A stretch of DNA of 64,000 bases from Octopus sinensis (GCF_006345805.1 NC_043001.1:86738001-86802000); one strand, 5' to 3'. Shown: positions 13,430 to 25,469, numbered from the stretch's first letter. The notes: generated from the letters alone by a model not told the origin. Translations and numbers: made by a program.

Positions 13430-13790
13430 TGGTCAATCCAGCGTAGCGTGACGTCATCAACGTTTTGACCAATCGTTTCGTTAGGTGGCTTTAGTCAAGC
13501 AGAACGGGACGTCATCATCATTTTGACCAATCGCTGCATTATAACTGCCTCTTGTTTGTTTCCTGTTTTGACCAGTCGCTTCGTTAGTCAAGCAGAACGG
13601 GACATCATCCAGATTCTGCCCAATCACGACTTATAGCTACATTAGATCTTCCCCCTGTCTGTACTTGTTAGGTGACTAGTCAAGCAGAAAAGGACGTCAT
13701 CAATATTCTGACTAATGACTGTCCCCTGTTTGTATCCTGTCCATTCTAGCAGAGCTAGACGTCATCAACTTGTTGACCAATCAGAATCGG
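13430..13790 (+). promoter_or_regulatory. Array of five GACGTCA-N12-CCAAT composite motifs (CRE-like plus CCAAT box)
   Basis: CRE-like cores at 13450, 13508, 13601 (GACATCA), 13693 and 13758; CCAAT at 13469, 13527, 13620, 13712 (CTAAT) and 13777. The motifs are seen directly; regulatory function is inferred. Confidence 0.5.
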
Positions 13791-13879
13791 GTCTGACCCA
13801 TAGCTGTATCGTATGTATCAGGGTCAGATTTGCACGAAAGAATTTTTTTCCTTTTTTACTAAGGCATATTTCCGTCAGA

Positions 13880-14080
13880 GCGAGTGTCTGTTTAAGGTAG
13901 CGGCCGTGGTGGAATTTTGCTTCTCCTTTTATATATATATATATATATATAGGTCGGGCTTCTTTCAGTTTCAGTCTACCAAATCCACTCACATGGTTTT
14001 AGTCGACTCGGGGTTATAGTAGAAGATACTTGCCCATGGTACCACGCAGTAGAACTGAGCCCGAGGCTTTATAGCAGTGA
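13880..14080 (-). mobile_element. SINE 5' half
   Basis: Reverse complement of the GGTTC...CTACTATA...GGATTTGGTAGACTGAAACTGAAAGAAGCCCG head. Confidence 0.75.
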
Positions 14081-15267
14081 AGTTAACTTTTCAACCCGCG
14101 CCTTAAGAGTGGGTAGAAAAAAAACATAATCTCCTGTGCTAGTTTGAAAATATTTCCACGCCTAAGAAATAAAAGAAATGTTTTAATGTTCCAGAATCGC
14201 AAAGGAAAAAAAAGAAGTAGTTTAATCTGTTCATTCCGCCTTGTTTAGTTTCGAGTTCCCTTCCTCTTCTACTACAACGGAATCGATAATTAACTATAAA
14301 ATTAGCAAGTTAAATACACATAACAAAACAGTACATCTCAAGTGGTTTCAGGGCTGGATGTCGGATGTTTATCTCAGTTAATAGTTCGTCAAAAGTTTAT
14401 CTAAGTTTATCAAGGCTTATTTAAGTCTGTATCATATAAAATAATTACTCAAGCTCCCACCGTTTTTAGCAATCGTCCTCCCTCACCCGCCCCTCTCACT
14501 CTCTCTATTAAGCCTCATTTTCTTTCAGTGTGTGTGTCTGTGTGTACGCATGTATGTTTGGGAACACTCCTGTTCTATATTTTCTCATTACGGGTTCTCA
14601 TATTTACTTTATTTTATTTGCAACAATATGTATCTGAAATCAATTATCATTCTTAGACCTTATTAGTTTTTCAACGTATCGGATAAACTGATTTTAATGG
14701 TTGTTGTTGTTATTGCCATTATTGTTATGTTGTTGTTGTTGTTGTTGGCAAGAATTATGGGTACAATGGTTGTTATGGAAATATAAAATTTCTAATTCGC
14801 TTTTTTGTAATAGCAAGCATTCATTGTCCCTGTGGCAAAAAAAAACAACCTTTTTGAAGGGAAAAGAAAACAGTGGAGAGGGAGGTACTGCAGTGGCGTA
14901 ACTGGAGTGCGCAGCACCAGGGATAGCCCTTCAGTTTACACCCCACCAGGGCCCCAACCCTATATAGGCTTATACAACAGACCCAAAAGTGTTGCCTCTA
15001 TAACAGGGGTCTTCGGGGAGTGCACGCGTGAGTGTGAGCGTACGTGTGTGTCTGTGTTTCCTCGCCACCACCTCTTGACAACCGCTGTCGGCTTGTTTAC
15101 GTCTCCGTAACTTAGCGGCTCGGCATGAGAGGCCGCTAGAATAAGCACCAGGTTTTTAAAATAATATGTACAGGGTGCAATTCGTTCGACTAAAAAAAAA
15201 TCCTTCAAGGCGGTGCCCCAGCATGGCCGCAGTTCAATGACTGAAACAAGTTGAATATAAAAGATTA

Positions 15268-15640
15268 CGAACCACATGGTTCAGGGTTTAGTCCCACTGC
15301 GTGGCACCTTGGGCAAGTGTCTTCTACTATAGCCTCGGGTCAACCAAAGCCTTGTGAGTGGATTTGGTAGACGGAAACTGAAAGAAGCCCGTCGTATATA
15401 TATATGTGTGTGTGTGTGTTGTGTGTGTGTGTGTTTGTCCCTGCACCATCACTTGACAACCGATGCTGGTGAGTTTACGTCCCCGTAACTTAGCGGTTCG
15501 GCAAAAGAGATGATAAAATAAGTACTAGGCTTACAAAGAATAAGTCTTGGGGTCGATTTGCTCGGCTCAAGGCGGTGCTCCAGCATGGCCACAGTCAAAT
15601 GACTGAAACAAGTAAAAGAGAAAAAGAGTAAAAGAGAATG
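15268..15640 (+). mobile_element. Near full-length tRNA-derived SINE with internal (TA)/(GT) microsatellite and GGCGGTGC..CAGCATGGCC tail
   Basis: Head GGTTCAGGGTTTAGTCCCACTGCGTGGCACCTTGGGCAAGTG; tail CAGTCAAATGACTGAAACAAGTAAAAGAG. Homologous to 25470-25880 and 54775-55210. Confidence 0.9.
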
Positions 15641-15945
15641 ATACATTCAAATGGAATAAAGACACTAATATTCCGTTATTCTGATTTTCCTTGGCTTCGC
15701 TGTCTTTGTCTCAAGTTTCACTCATATATCAAAAATTGTTCATAATGAGCTCTCATGATTTATTTTCGTAGTCATACTGTCCATCATACTGATTTTAACT
15801 GTAGAGGTCTTCAAATACTACTCTGCATTGCATTGTGAAAAAATTTTTTTCCAGTTTTCATTAATGATAGCCATCTTATTATCTAACGCTTGTTTTTAAG
15901 GCTGATTTCAATTCTGCTTTTAGTTTCATGAGTCATGTCCAGGTT

Positions 15946-16017
15946 TTCTTTTTTTTTTCTTTTTTTTTTTTGAAAACCATTCCCAAATTTTATCAATATA
16001 ATGCTTGTCAAATACAC

Positions 16018-16048
<31 letters not shown>

Positions 16049-17114
16049 AAAAGAAGTTACTCTTATATATAATACTAGCAGTATCGCCCGGCGTTGCTCA
16101 GGTTTGTAAGGGAAATAACTATAAAGCATTTTTAGAGAGTTATAGCCAAAAAATAGCAAAAAATGGAAAAAAATTATGGTAATTTTTTTTTTGAGATTTA
16201 AAAAAGGTGGAGTTGCGTCCCCTAGACAGTCTGTGTTTGTGTTTCTGATTCTCGACCCATGTCGAATTTATCGATTTTTTTCAGAACTGGGGGAACTTTT
16301 CAAAGTTTTCCCTGCGTTAGTTTTGAATTATGACATTGGGCTATGTGTGTGTCAAGTTTCATCAGAATCGGTTGAAAGCCGTGGTCAGGGTGAGGGTACA
16401 AGCAAACAGACACACAGAAACACGCACAGACAAACTGCCGTTTATATATAGAGAGATAATAGCAACTATGCTCATTGTTGCTGCTTTATGAAAGGTCTAT
16501 CCCTTTTCTCTAATGTCTATGTACTAAATCAGGTTTATATTTATAACAATTAGATATATAAGCGCAAGTTGTGAAGAGATTAGTTTTACAACCTCGTAAT
16601 TTCAGGTTCAGTCCCATTGCGCAGCAACCGGGGCAAGTGTCTTCTATTATATTCTCTGGTCGATCAATATCTTGTTAGTGAATTGGTTAGCAGAAAACTG
16701 AGTGGAAAACTGTCGAAGGTGAAACAGCTTTCTCTTCTTGGATGGTCGAATATAATCACTTCTGATTTGCAGACACTTGATGTATCAAACTGATACAATT
16801 TTGAAGGATGAGAGAGTGGGACTGGCTCTGCACAAACCATTTCCACTAGAATAAACCCCCGCTGCCTTGTAAGGGAAATTTGTTGAGCTTTTAAAAGAGA
16901 TTAAGCAATTAAACCCCAACAGAATATCTGGAAGGAGGGATCCGAAATCATATATGAACAGTTGTACTTAGCCAATATCTGGCATACCCTAAGCACCAAT
17001 AGTCTGCCATATATTTATATTCCATTATCCCTCCTTTTTCTTTTCTTTTTTTTTTCTTTTTTTTTTTTGAAAACCATTCCCAAATTTTATCAATATAATG
17101 CTTGTCAAATACAC

Positions 17115-17145
<31 letters not shown>

Positions 17146-18137
17146 AAAAGAAGTTACTCTTATATATAATACTAGCAGTATCGCCCGGCGTTGCTCAGGT
17201 TTGTAAGGGAAATAACTATAAAGCATTTTTAGAGAGTTATAGCCAAAAAATAGCAAAAAAATGGAAAAAAATTATGGTAATTTTTTTTTTGAGATTTAAA
17301 AAAGGTGGAGTTGCGTCCCCTAGACAGTCTGTGGTTTGTGTTTCTGATTCTCGACCCCATGTCGAATTTATCGATTTTTTTCAGAACTGGGGGAACTTTT
17401 CAAAGTTTTCCCTGCGTTAGTTTTGAATTATGACATTGGGCTATGTGTGTGTCAAGTTTCATCAGAATCGGTTGAAAGCCGTGGTCAGGGTGAGGGTACA
17501 AGCAAACAGACACACAGAAACACGCACAGACAAACTGCCGTTTATATATAGAGAGATAATAGCAACTATGCTCATTGTTGCTGCTTTATGAAAGGTCTAT
17601 CCCTTTTCTCTAATGTCTATGTACTAAATCAGGTTTATATTTATAACAATTAGATATATAAGCGCAAGTTGTGAAGAGATTAGTTTTACAACCTCGTAAT
17701 TTCAGGTTCAGTCCCATTGCGCAGCAACCGGGGCAAGTGTCTTCTATTATATTCTCTGGTCGATCAATATCTTGTTAGTGAATTGGTTAGCAGAAAACTG
17801 AGTGGAAAACTGTCGAAGGTGAAACAGCTTTCTCTTCTTGGATGGTCGAATATAATCACTTCTGATTTGCAGACACTTGATGTATCAAACTGATACAATT
17901 TTGAAGGATGAGAGAGTGGGACTGGCTCTGCACAAACCATTTCCACTAGAATAAACCCCCGCTGCCTTGTAAGGGAAATTTGTTGAGCTTTTAAAAGAGA
18001 TTAAGCAATTAAACCCCAACAGAATATCTGGAAGGAGGGATCCGAAATCATATATGAACAGTTGTACTTAGCCAATATCTGGCATACCCTAAGCACCAAT
18101 AGTCTGCCATATATTTATATTCCATTATCCCTCCTTT
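15946..18137. repeat. Direct tandem duplication of a ~1.1-kb segment (2 copies)
   Basis: Offset 1097 at GAAAACCATT (15972/17069) and 1100 at GACACTTGAT (16772/17872). The differences seen are 1-nt homopolymer indels; junctions lie in T-tracts. Confidence 0.95.
16075..16456 (-). mobile_element. Non-autonomous Helitron (duplicated at 17172-17556)
   Basis: On the minus strand: 5' TC start (ATCTCTCTATATATAAA) and a 3' hairpin CCTGAGCAACGCCGGG followed by CTAG, in an A|T context. Confidence 0.85.
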
Positions 18138-18605
18138 TTCTTTTCTTTTTTTTTTTCATAGTTTTTATCGCTTGGTGGAAACATTGTCCTTCCTTCTCAC
18201 TGGTTAGCCATTTTCGTCTTTGGTCGACGGACGGTATTGCAGAGACTGTAACTTAACCTCTTCCGCTGTGCCAGGACTGTTCCCAGAAGCGAGCGCGTAG
18301 CCCCAAGTACACGTACCCTCTCTCTACTCATAGATACGTCAAGTAGGGAAGACTAGTTAGTAAGTTCGCAGAATCCATGGAGCCTTAGAGTTTACCAGAT
18401 ATTGGTTAAGTAGAACTGTTCATATAAGCTTTCGGATCCCTCCTTTCAGATATTCTGTTGGGAGTTAATTGCTTAAACTCTTTTAAAAGCTCAACAAATT
18501 TCCCTTAAAAGGCAGCGGGGGTTTATTATAGTGGACATGATTTGTGCAGAGCCAGTCCCACTCCCTCATCCTTCAAAATTGTATCAGTTTGATGCATCAA
18601 GTGTC
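17872..18605. repeat. 211-bp inverted repeat pair (17872-18082 and 18395-18605), about 93% identical
   Basis: By-eye alignment gives about 14 mismatches; spacer 312 bp. Confidence 0.9.
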
Positions 18606-19085
18606 ACGAGCAACCCAGTAGTTATCAGAATGCAGGATTCATACAGAGTCTTTTAGATTAGGAGCTGAAGGACTTTATCCACCCTGGTTCCGTTGGAGGT
18701 GTCTATGAGTGACCTTCTTGGGGAAGTAATTCCGTGATATGCTAAATAACCCACTTCTGGAGAGTACACCTGGAGACAATCAAGGTTTAGACGTAGTTCC
18801 ACACTTCTCAAAATACTAGAATTCTCAAACCAGGGCCCCACTACCGGATTCAGTTTAAAGTCATACTTATGACTAAATGTCTCTAAATTGGGAGGGAAAT
18901 AATCTAAGTGGCTGTAGAAGAAAAGCACTTTAATGCACTCGACCCTCTGGAAGGAAAAAAACTAGTAACATATTTACCAGATCTTTGTTGCCTGAGAATT
19001 CAGATACTCAAACATTTTCTCACCAGGTGTAGATAAGCCTATCAATAGCTCATTTTTTAATTAATGTTTTTGTCCTAATCATATT

Positions 19086-19250
19086 CTTTTCTATTCTAAG
19101 CACAAGGCCCGAAATTTGGAGGGAGGGAGGCCAGTCAATTAGATCGACCCCAGTACGCAAATGGTACTTAATTTATCAACCACCAAAAGGATGAAAGTCA
19201 AAGTCGACCTCGGCGGAATTTGAACTCAAAACGTGAAGGCAAACGATATA
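19086..19250 (-). mobile_element. 5'-truncated SINE with 13-bp target-site duplication
   Basis: TCCTAATCATATT at 19073-19085 and 19251-19263. Confidence 0.9.
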
Positions 19251-19849
19251 TCCTAATCATATTAAAAGCTCACTTGCCTTCAACTTGTCTTCACTCGTAA
19301 CATTTTCCACATCAATAGTTGAAAGTGTCATTTAACTTTAACAAATTAGAATACAAGACGCATTCTTTTTTTTTAATTATTTTTTTTACCAAACAAAATA
19401 TCAAAATGTCTCAAAAAAGTCCACTCAGGTTCTTCAAAGGGGCTAATTTTAAGCTTAGCACAAGGTTTGACTGAACAATTTGTTCATGAAGATAAACTGA
19501 GAGAATCATTAGAGCGTCGAAAAGCAAATGCTTTCAGATATTTGTTCCGGCTCTTTACGCTATGAATTAAAACCCCATCGAGGTTAACTTTACCTTTCAT
19601 CCCTCTGAAGTCAATAAAACAAAGTACCCATGTTTGATGGCACAAAAGACCTGCGGGCACATTAGACGCACCCCAGTTTCATATTAATTTCATATTGAGA
19701 GGAAAAATGTTTTCAGTGCTTTAAAGCTTATGGTAGGTCCAACTTTGCATATAGGATCCGAGGAGACGTTTTAGAGAGACATTTTGTATGGGAAAAAAAA
19801 GCAATGCATCTAATATGCCATCAAATACGGTGCAAGTCAAGTATTGTGA

Positions 19850-20160
19850 AGGTGTGTGACCTAGTGTTTAGGGTATTCGGCTCACGATCGTAACCTCCTG
19901 AGTTCGATTGGTGGCGGTGCGTTGTGTCCTTGAGCAAGACACTTTATTTCATATTGCTCTTGTCCACTCAGTTTGCAAAAACGAGTTGTACTTGTAACGC
20001 AAAGGCCAGCTTTGTCACATTCTGTGTAACGCTTAATCTCCCTCATAACTATGTTAAGGGTACGTGTGTTTGTAGAGTGCTCAGCCATTTGTGCCTTAAT
20101 TTCACGAGCTGGTCGTTCCGTTGATCGGACCAAATAGAACATTCGTCGTCGTAACAGGTA
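19850..20160 (+). mobile_element. tRNA-derived SINE, second family
   Basis: tRNA-like head with GAGTTCGATT B-box, then GTTGTGTCCTTGAGCAAGACACTTTA, a common SINE core. Confidence 0.75.
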
Positions 20161-20526
20161 GAATGCCAGTCAAGTACTTGTGTCAATAATATCAACAAAT
20201 CTCATCTGCCCAAAACTGCTGGCCTTGTGTCTTAAATTAGAAACAATTATTTGTGGTAGCGGTTGAATAATTTGTCGTTTGTCTTGATGGAAACATATTC
20301 CTTCTTCACTATCACTATAAGCCTCTAAATTGACAGAGAAGCAATATAAAGGACTATAGAGGAAATGCACTTTAATGGATCCTAGATTTTGGAATGTAAA
20401 AAAATAAGGTAACTTATTTATAGTTTTCGAATTCGTTATTGTTCAAGAATCCATAACATCTACGAATGCTGCGCAGGTTTGAATAAGCTTATCAATAGCT
20501 CATTTTTTAATTACTGTTTTTATATA

Positions 20527-20985
20527 ACCCGTGGCCTCTACCTGGGATGTAGCCAGCCTACTTATGCATACCTTTCCTTCTTGGGACACAAAACTCTGCT
20601 TGCGAAGACCTGTTGAGGCAAGTGAAATCGGAATCGAAATCGAAATCGTTCAAAAATCAATGGAAATTGTAGTTGTGATACCAGTGCTGGTGGCACGTAA
20701 AAGAACCATCCGAATGTGGCCGTTGCCAGCGCCGCCCCGACTGGCCTCCGTGCCGGTGGCACGTAAAAAGCACCAACCGATCGTGGCCGTTGCCAGCCTC
20801 GCCTGGCACCGTGCCGGTGGCACGTAAAAAGCACCCACTACACTCACGGAGTGGTTGGCGTTAGGAAGGGCATCCAGCTGTAGAAACACTGCCAGGTCAG
20901 ACTGGGCCTGGTGCAGCCTCCTAGCTTCCCAGACCCCAGTCGAACCGTCCAACCCATGGAAAGCGGACGTTAAACGATGATGATG
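20527..20985 (+). mobile_element. RTE LINE 3' UTR fragment with (GAT)n tail
   Basis: Matches the 3' UTR of the RTE at 42750-45155; ends GGACGTTAAACGATGATGATG. Confidence 0.9.
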
Positions 20986-22271
20986 GTATTATTCCCAAGG
21001 GCATTAAAAGATACCTGCCTTCAACTTGTCTTCATTTAAAGCAGCACATTTTCCACATCGATTTTTGAAAACATCCCAATTCTTCGTTCAAAGTTAGCAA
21101 GTGCTATTAGCGGTATTATGAGAGGAATATTCTAGTATTCAGTTATTGCTGCTGCTATGGCTGCTAATTTTGCTAGTACTGTCGCTGCTGTAAGTACTGG
21201 TGTCCCTGACACCAGTGGGTGTAACTGTAGTGGTGTGTCTGGTATTGGCGGCGGGGTGGGAATGGGGGAGAAATGTCATCAGTTGAAGACGCCAAGCTTC
21301 TGCAACTATTTCCTGACCCCAAAACTAGTATCACCATCATCATCTTCAAAATCGCTCGCACTGGTGGCTGGTGTCACTACTACTATTACAACTACTAGCA
21401 GTAGCAACAGCAGCGGCGGCGGCGGCGGCGGTGGTAGTAGTGGTGGTGGTAAGAATAGTTTTGGCTTTCGCAACGTTGCCGCCGCCGCCACCACCACCAC
21501 CACAGATAGTTAAAATGAGTGGAGGGGGGAATATTTTCATAATTTTCCCTTCTGTTGGTTTACTGAAAAGTTGCTGACTTTGCACCTCCACCCTTCTTAC
21601 TACATTGACTTTTCTTCAATTCTGTTGATATAAGAAAGAAGAAGAAAGAAGAAAAACCACATTAGATTAAATATAGAGTGGGCCAAAAGTCACGCAACAA
21701 AACATTTGATTTTTTTATCATTTGTTTTATTCATCATGTACAAGTACGTGTTTATTCATCATTATTTTATCTATCTTATTCAATATTAGAAAACGTGAAG
21801 CATGTCTATGTCAATTCCTGAGCGTATTGAACTTATGTGCGTCACTTTTGGCCCACCTTGTATATACTTAATAGAAATTTTCGAAGCTTTAAAAGCGACA
21901 ATGTTGCCTTAATAGTTGCCGAGAGAATAACATGATTAAGACACCACACCACCGGCCAGTTCTTTGACAAAAAAAAAAAAAATGAAAAGAAAAGGATCTA
22001 ATGTAAGGCCGGTTTCCAGGGTTCTGTAGCATACATATTCGATGTGTCAGTCTGTTGCAGGATTACTCATTTTTGCCAGCTGAGTGGATTGGAGCGACTT
22101 CAAAAGAAGTGTTTGGATCTTTTCCTGTTGAACGGCACATGTCAACACAATTTCTAGTTAACTAAACACTTTAAAACTTCGTATACTGGTAGAATGTGTC
22201 AAAATAAAACATTTTTTTTCTCTTGGCTTTCTTGAGAAAATTGTAATTTGTTTGTTTAACGTAGTTTAATT

Positions 22272-22614
22272 TTTCGAATTTTAACCAATGAATCGCCTCT
22301 AGTGAGCTAAAATCATTTGCTGCGTCTAAAACTGGACAACATCCTGTCACTAACCCTAACCCTCACCCTCACCCCAACCCTAACCCTAAATTTTAGCCTT
22401 TCGTTTTGTTTTTCTTAATTGTTAAATTAATTTAATTGTTTGTTATCCTTAAATTAATTTAACAATTAAGAAAAAAAAAACGAAAGGCTAAAATTTAGGG
22501 TTAGGATGAGGGTGAGGGTTAGGGTTAGGGTTAGTGACAGGATGTTGTCTCAGTTTTAGACGCAGCAAATGATTTTAGCTCAATTAGAGGCAATTGATTG
22601 GTTAAAATTCGAAA
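22272..22614. mobile_element. Foldback palindrome (~165-bp arms, 13-bp spacer) with CCCTAA/TTAGGG-like repeats, next to a GGATCTTTTC-ended DNA-transposon fragment starting near 22115
   Basis: Arms 22272-22435 and 22449-22614 are near reverse complements. A small element with GGATCTTTT...AAAAGATCC ends lies at about 24140-24270. Confidence 0.8.
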
Positions 22615-23704
22615 TGCAACGTATCGCCCGGTCCAGCTATTGAAGAGTGCAACACCCTTAGCACTAAGCCACGCGCCTCCAAGACAAGCGCAGCTATATT
22701 CCTTTTTACTATAAGTACAAAGCTTGAAATTTTAGGGATCTGGTCTTTCTCATTGGCAAAATGAGCCGCTCCCCTTAATTTTGCTCAGATTCCTTTTAGT
22801 TTTGGTGCATCGAGGCAACTTTGAATTTTGATTACGATCAACCAGTTACTTTATCTTGTAAATTAAAGAATCTGATGTTGAAATTTGGGCAATTTTAGCC
22901 AATCAACAGACAGCGTGGCATTAGCAGCTTCTTACCATGACAACCGCACGCTATGTTGTGGTTCACTGTTGTCTGTGTTGATTTTTTACACTTGATTCTT
23001 CTTTTGGGACTCATTGACTCAGATAACTGGATTTATGATTTCAGATAAAAATTTTAATTAGGAGTATTTGTTAGACCGTTAGCTTCACATTTCAACAGCT
23101 TAACTGGCAAAAATATACACGATACAAGTATTCTTCTCCTTGGGACAAATTTATTGACCAGTGTTATTCCTATTGTAGTTTACAAATCCAAGCATGAAAA
23201 CGTTACTCAACTTTGGAGTTTTCAAGACAGACGTCTGCTTTTCACACACACACACACAAGAACTTATGTATTAATGATGTACACAAATACATGACAGGTA
23301 TACATAATACCGAAATACGCAGGAAGTAAACACATACAGACAATTATATTAATATAATTTTCCTTAATAATTTAAAATATACAATCAATGAAGAGACAAA
23401 AGAAACAGTAAGATGATACATGTTGATTTTATTAGGTATTTCTGTTTATTTACAAACCTACAATAACAGGTCAGACGCTAAACTATAAATTTCACAGGGT
23501 ACAACCTTAAAGTTGACACCACCCCGGTCTCGCTATTGGCTATAAATACACAGTTTTTCGATTTTTAAACCTCTGTAACTTGTTCTCCAATTTTTTCCTC
23601 CACAACATCATACCTTCAAAGCAATGAGAATGGAAGGCTACATTATTATAGCCGATTTTCAGATTATATTATAGCCGATTTTACTTCCTTTTGAATAAAT
23701 GTAT

Positions 23705-23977
23705 ATTTTGTGAATGAAAACAAAAACTAGATCCAATTTTGGAAAGGAGGCTAGATTGGCGCTTATTTTATTGCCTCCGAAAGAATAAACGGCAAAATTG
23801 ACCTCGGAAAGTAAAGCTAGAAGAAATACCGCTAAGCATTTTGTGAATGAAAACAAAAACTAGATCCAATTTTGGAAAGGAGGCTAGATTGGCGCTTATT
23901 TTATTGCCTCCGAAAGAATAAACGGCAAAATTGACCTCGGAAAGTAAAGCTAGAAGAAATACCGCTAAGCATTTTGT
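23705..23977. repeat. 133-bp tandem duplication with ATTTTGT microhomology
   Basis: ATTTTGT at 23705, 23838 and 23971; the intervening 133-bp units look identical. Confidence 0.92.
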
Positions 23978-24777
23978 CCGGTGTACTAACGACGCTGCGA
24001 ACTAGCCGCCTTATCAAGAGAGGGACTATATTAACAGAAATAATAGTTCAATCTGTCAAAGTCAATAGCAAATATAATAATTCTACGATGAATAAAGACG
24101 ATCGTTGAGATTTAGTGACCAGCAAAAACAATATTAATGGATCTTTTTTGTTTGGTTGCACCTGTGGAAATTTCAAAGTTTAGTGAAAGTTTAAAAATTT
24201 AGTGTATTGTCCATGTTCTAAATCCAAATCTCGCTGCGGTCAACTTCCTTCCTTCTAAACAGAAAAGATCCAACTTCAGCACTGAATAACAATAATAATA
24301 TTGGCTTCAAATTTTGACCCAAGGTTTATCATTATATAAGGTTGTTCCAAAAGTTCGTAGAAAGTCTTGGAAAATAATGGTCTTTATTTTGAGGAATAAT
24401 TTTTGTTGTTTTTGTTAGTACTTGGCGAGTAAAAATTCAATTTTCGCAAGTGTTTACGAAGTTTTGGGACAACCTAATAATATCAGCAACGGTTATGTAT
24501 GAGTATGTGCTACATTACTTTATTAGCTGCTGGTCGTGTAGAGTAAGTATTATGAGTCGAATAGGGTGGTTATTATATAGAGTATATATTGTGCACAACG
24601 AGCTGAGGTATAGAAGTATATATGTGCTATGTAGAATGTAAGCTATGGGGTTCTCTTGGGTGATGGGGGGGGGTCTGTCTGTTACTTTTAACATCTGGTA
24701 TAGTATGTTTTTGTTTACCTTGATTCTAGTTGCACTAGATCAACGGTTAGTAAAAAAAAAACAGCTACGAAAATAAG

Positions 24778-24880
24778 ATCGGAAAAGAAGCTAATATCTA
24801 GTACAGACTATACAACCAATTCAGTGAGACATCGGAAAAGAAGCTAATATCTAGTACAGACTATACAACCAATTCAGTGA
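24778..24880. repeat. 53-bp tandem duplication
   Basis: ATCGGAAAAGAAGC...AATTCAGTGA at 24778 and 24831. Confidence 0.92.
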
Positions 24881-25469
24881 TCACATCGTCGCTGATTTCT
24901 CAGTCCTTGGTAAACTAAATATAAACACAAACATGACCAAACCAGGCAGCTTCAATTATTATTGATGTTGTTCTTACTTTTATGTTCCGCATTCTGTTTA
25001 TTTCAGTTCCAAGAATCTTGTATTTTGACAGTTTTTCCACTTCCTTTCGAGTAGAGATTTTGTCGGAAGAGTTTGCTATACCCATCAGCGTGCAGATGTT
25101 TTAGTTTCAATCCTTAATTATTATAACTGGAATATTTACGTTGATTGGTCAATTGGGATAGATGTGTTTCAGATGATTGTGGCCAGGTGCCGTTAGATGT
25201 TAATCTTTCATCATTTACTGCTTTCAGTTATTGGATTGCGGCCTTCAACAAATCTCCCCAGTACTAAAGTTATTTTTTTCTCAGTCTGGTACTAATTCTG
25301 TCGCTTTCTTTTGCTGAAGTAGTATGGCGCAAAGTCGTAAACAAACCAACGACGGCTGTCAAGCGGTGGTTGGGTTTAAATGCACACACCACATTCATAG
25401 ATCTATGGATATGTTATATATTATATATCTACGAATATAAACATAAATATATATATATATTTAATTACT

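Noticed and set aside
21120-21600. GC-rich trinucleotide region with several short ORFs, some with signal-peptide-like starts on the minus strand
   Set aside because: Every frame is broken by stops within about 60-120 codons, no domain is recognisable, and there is no coherent splice structure. Treated as low-complexity sequence or an unidentifiable relic.
22340-22540. Ancient telomere-telomere fusion site
   Set aside because: The polarity is CCCTAA...TTAGGG, opposite to a fusion, and the repeats are short and inside a foldback element.
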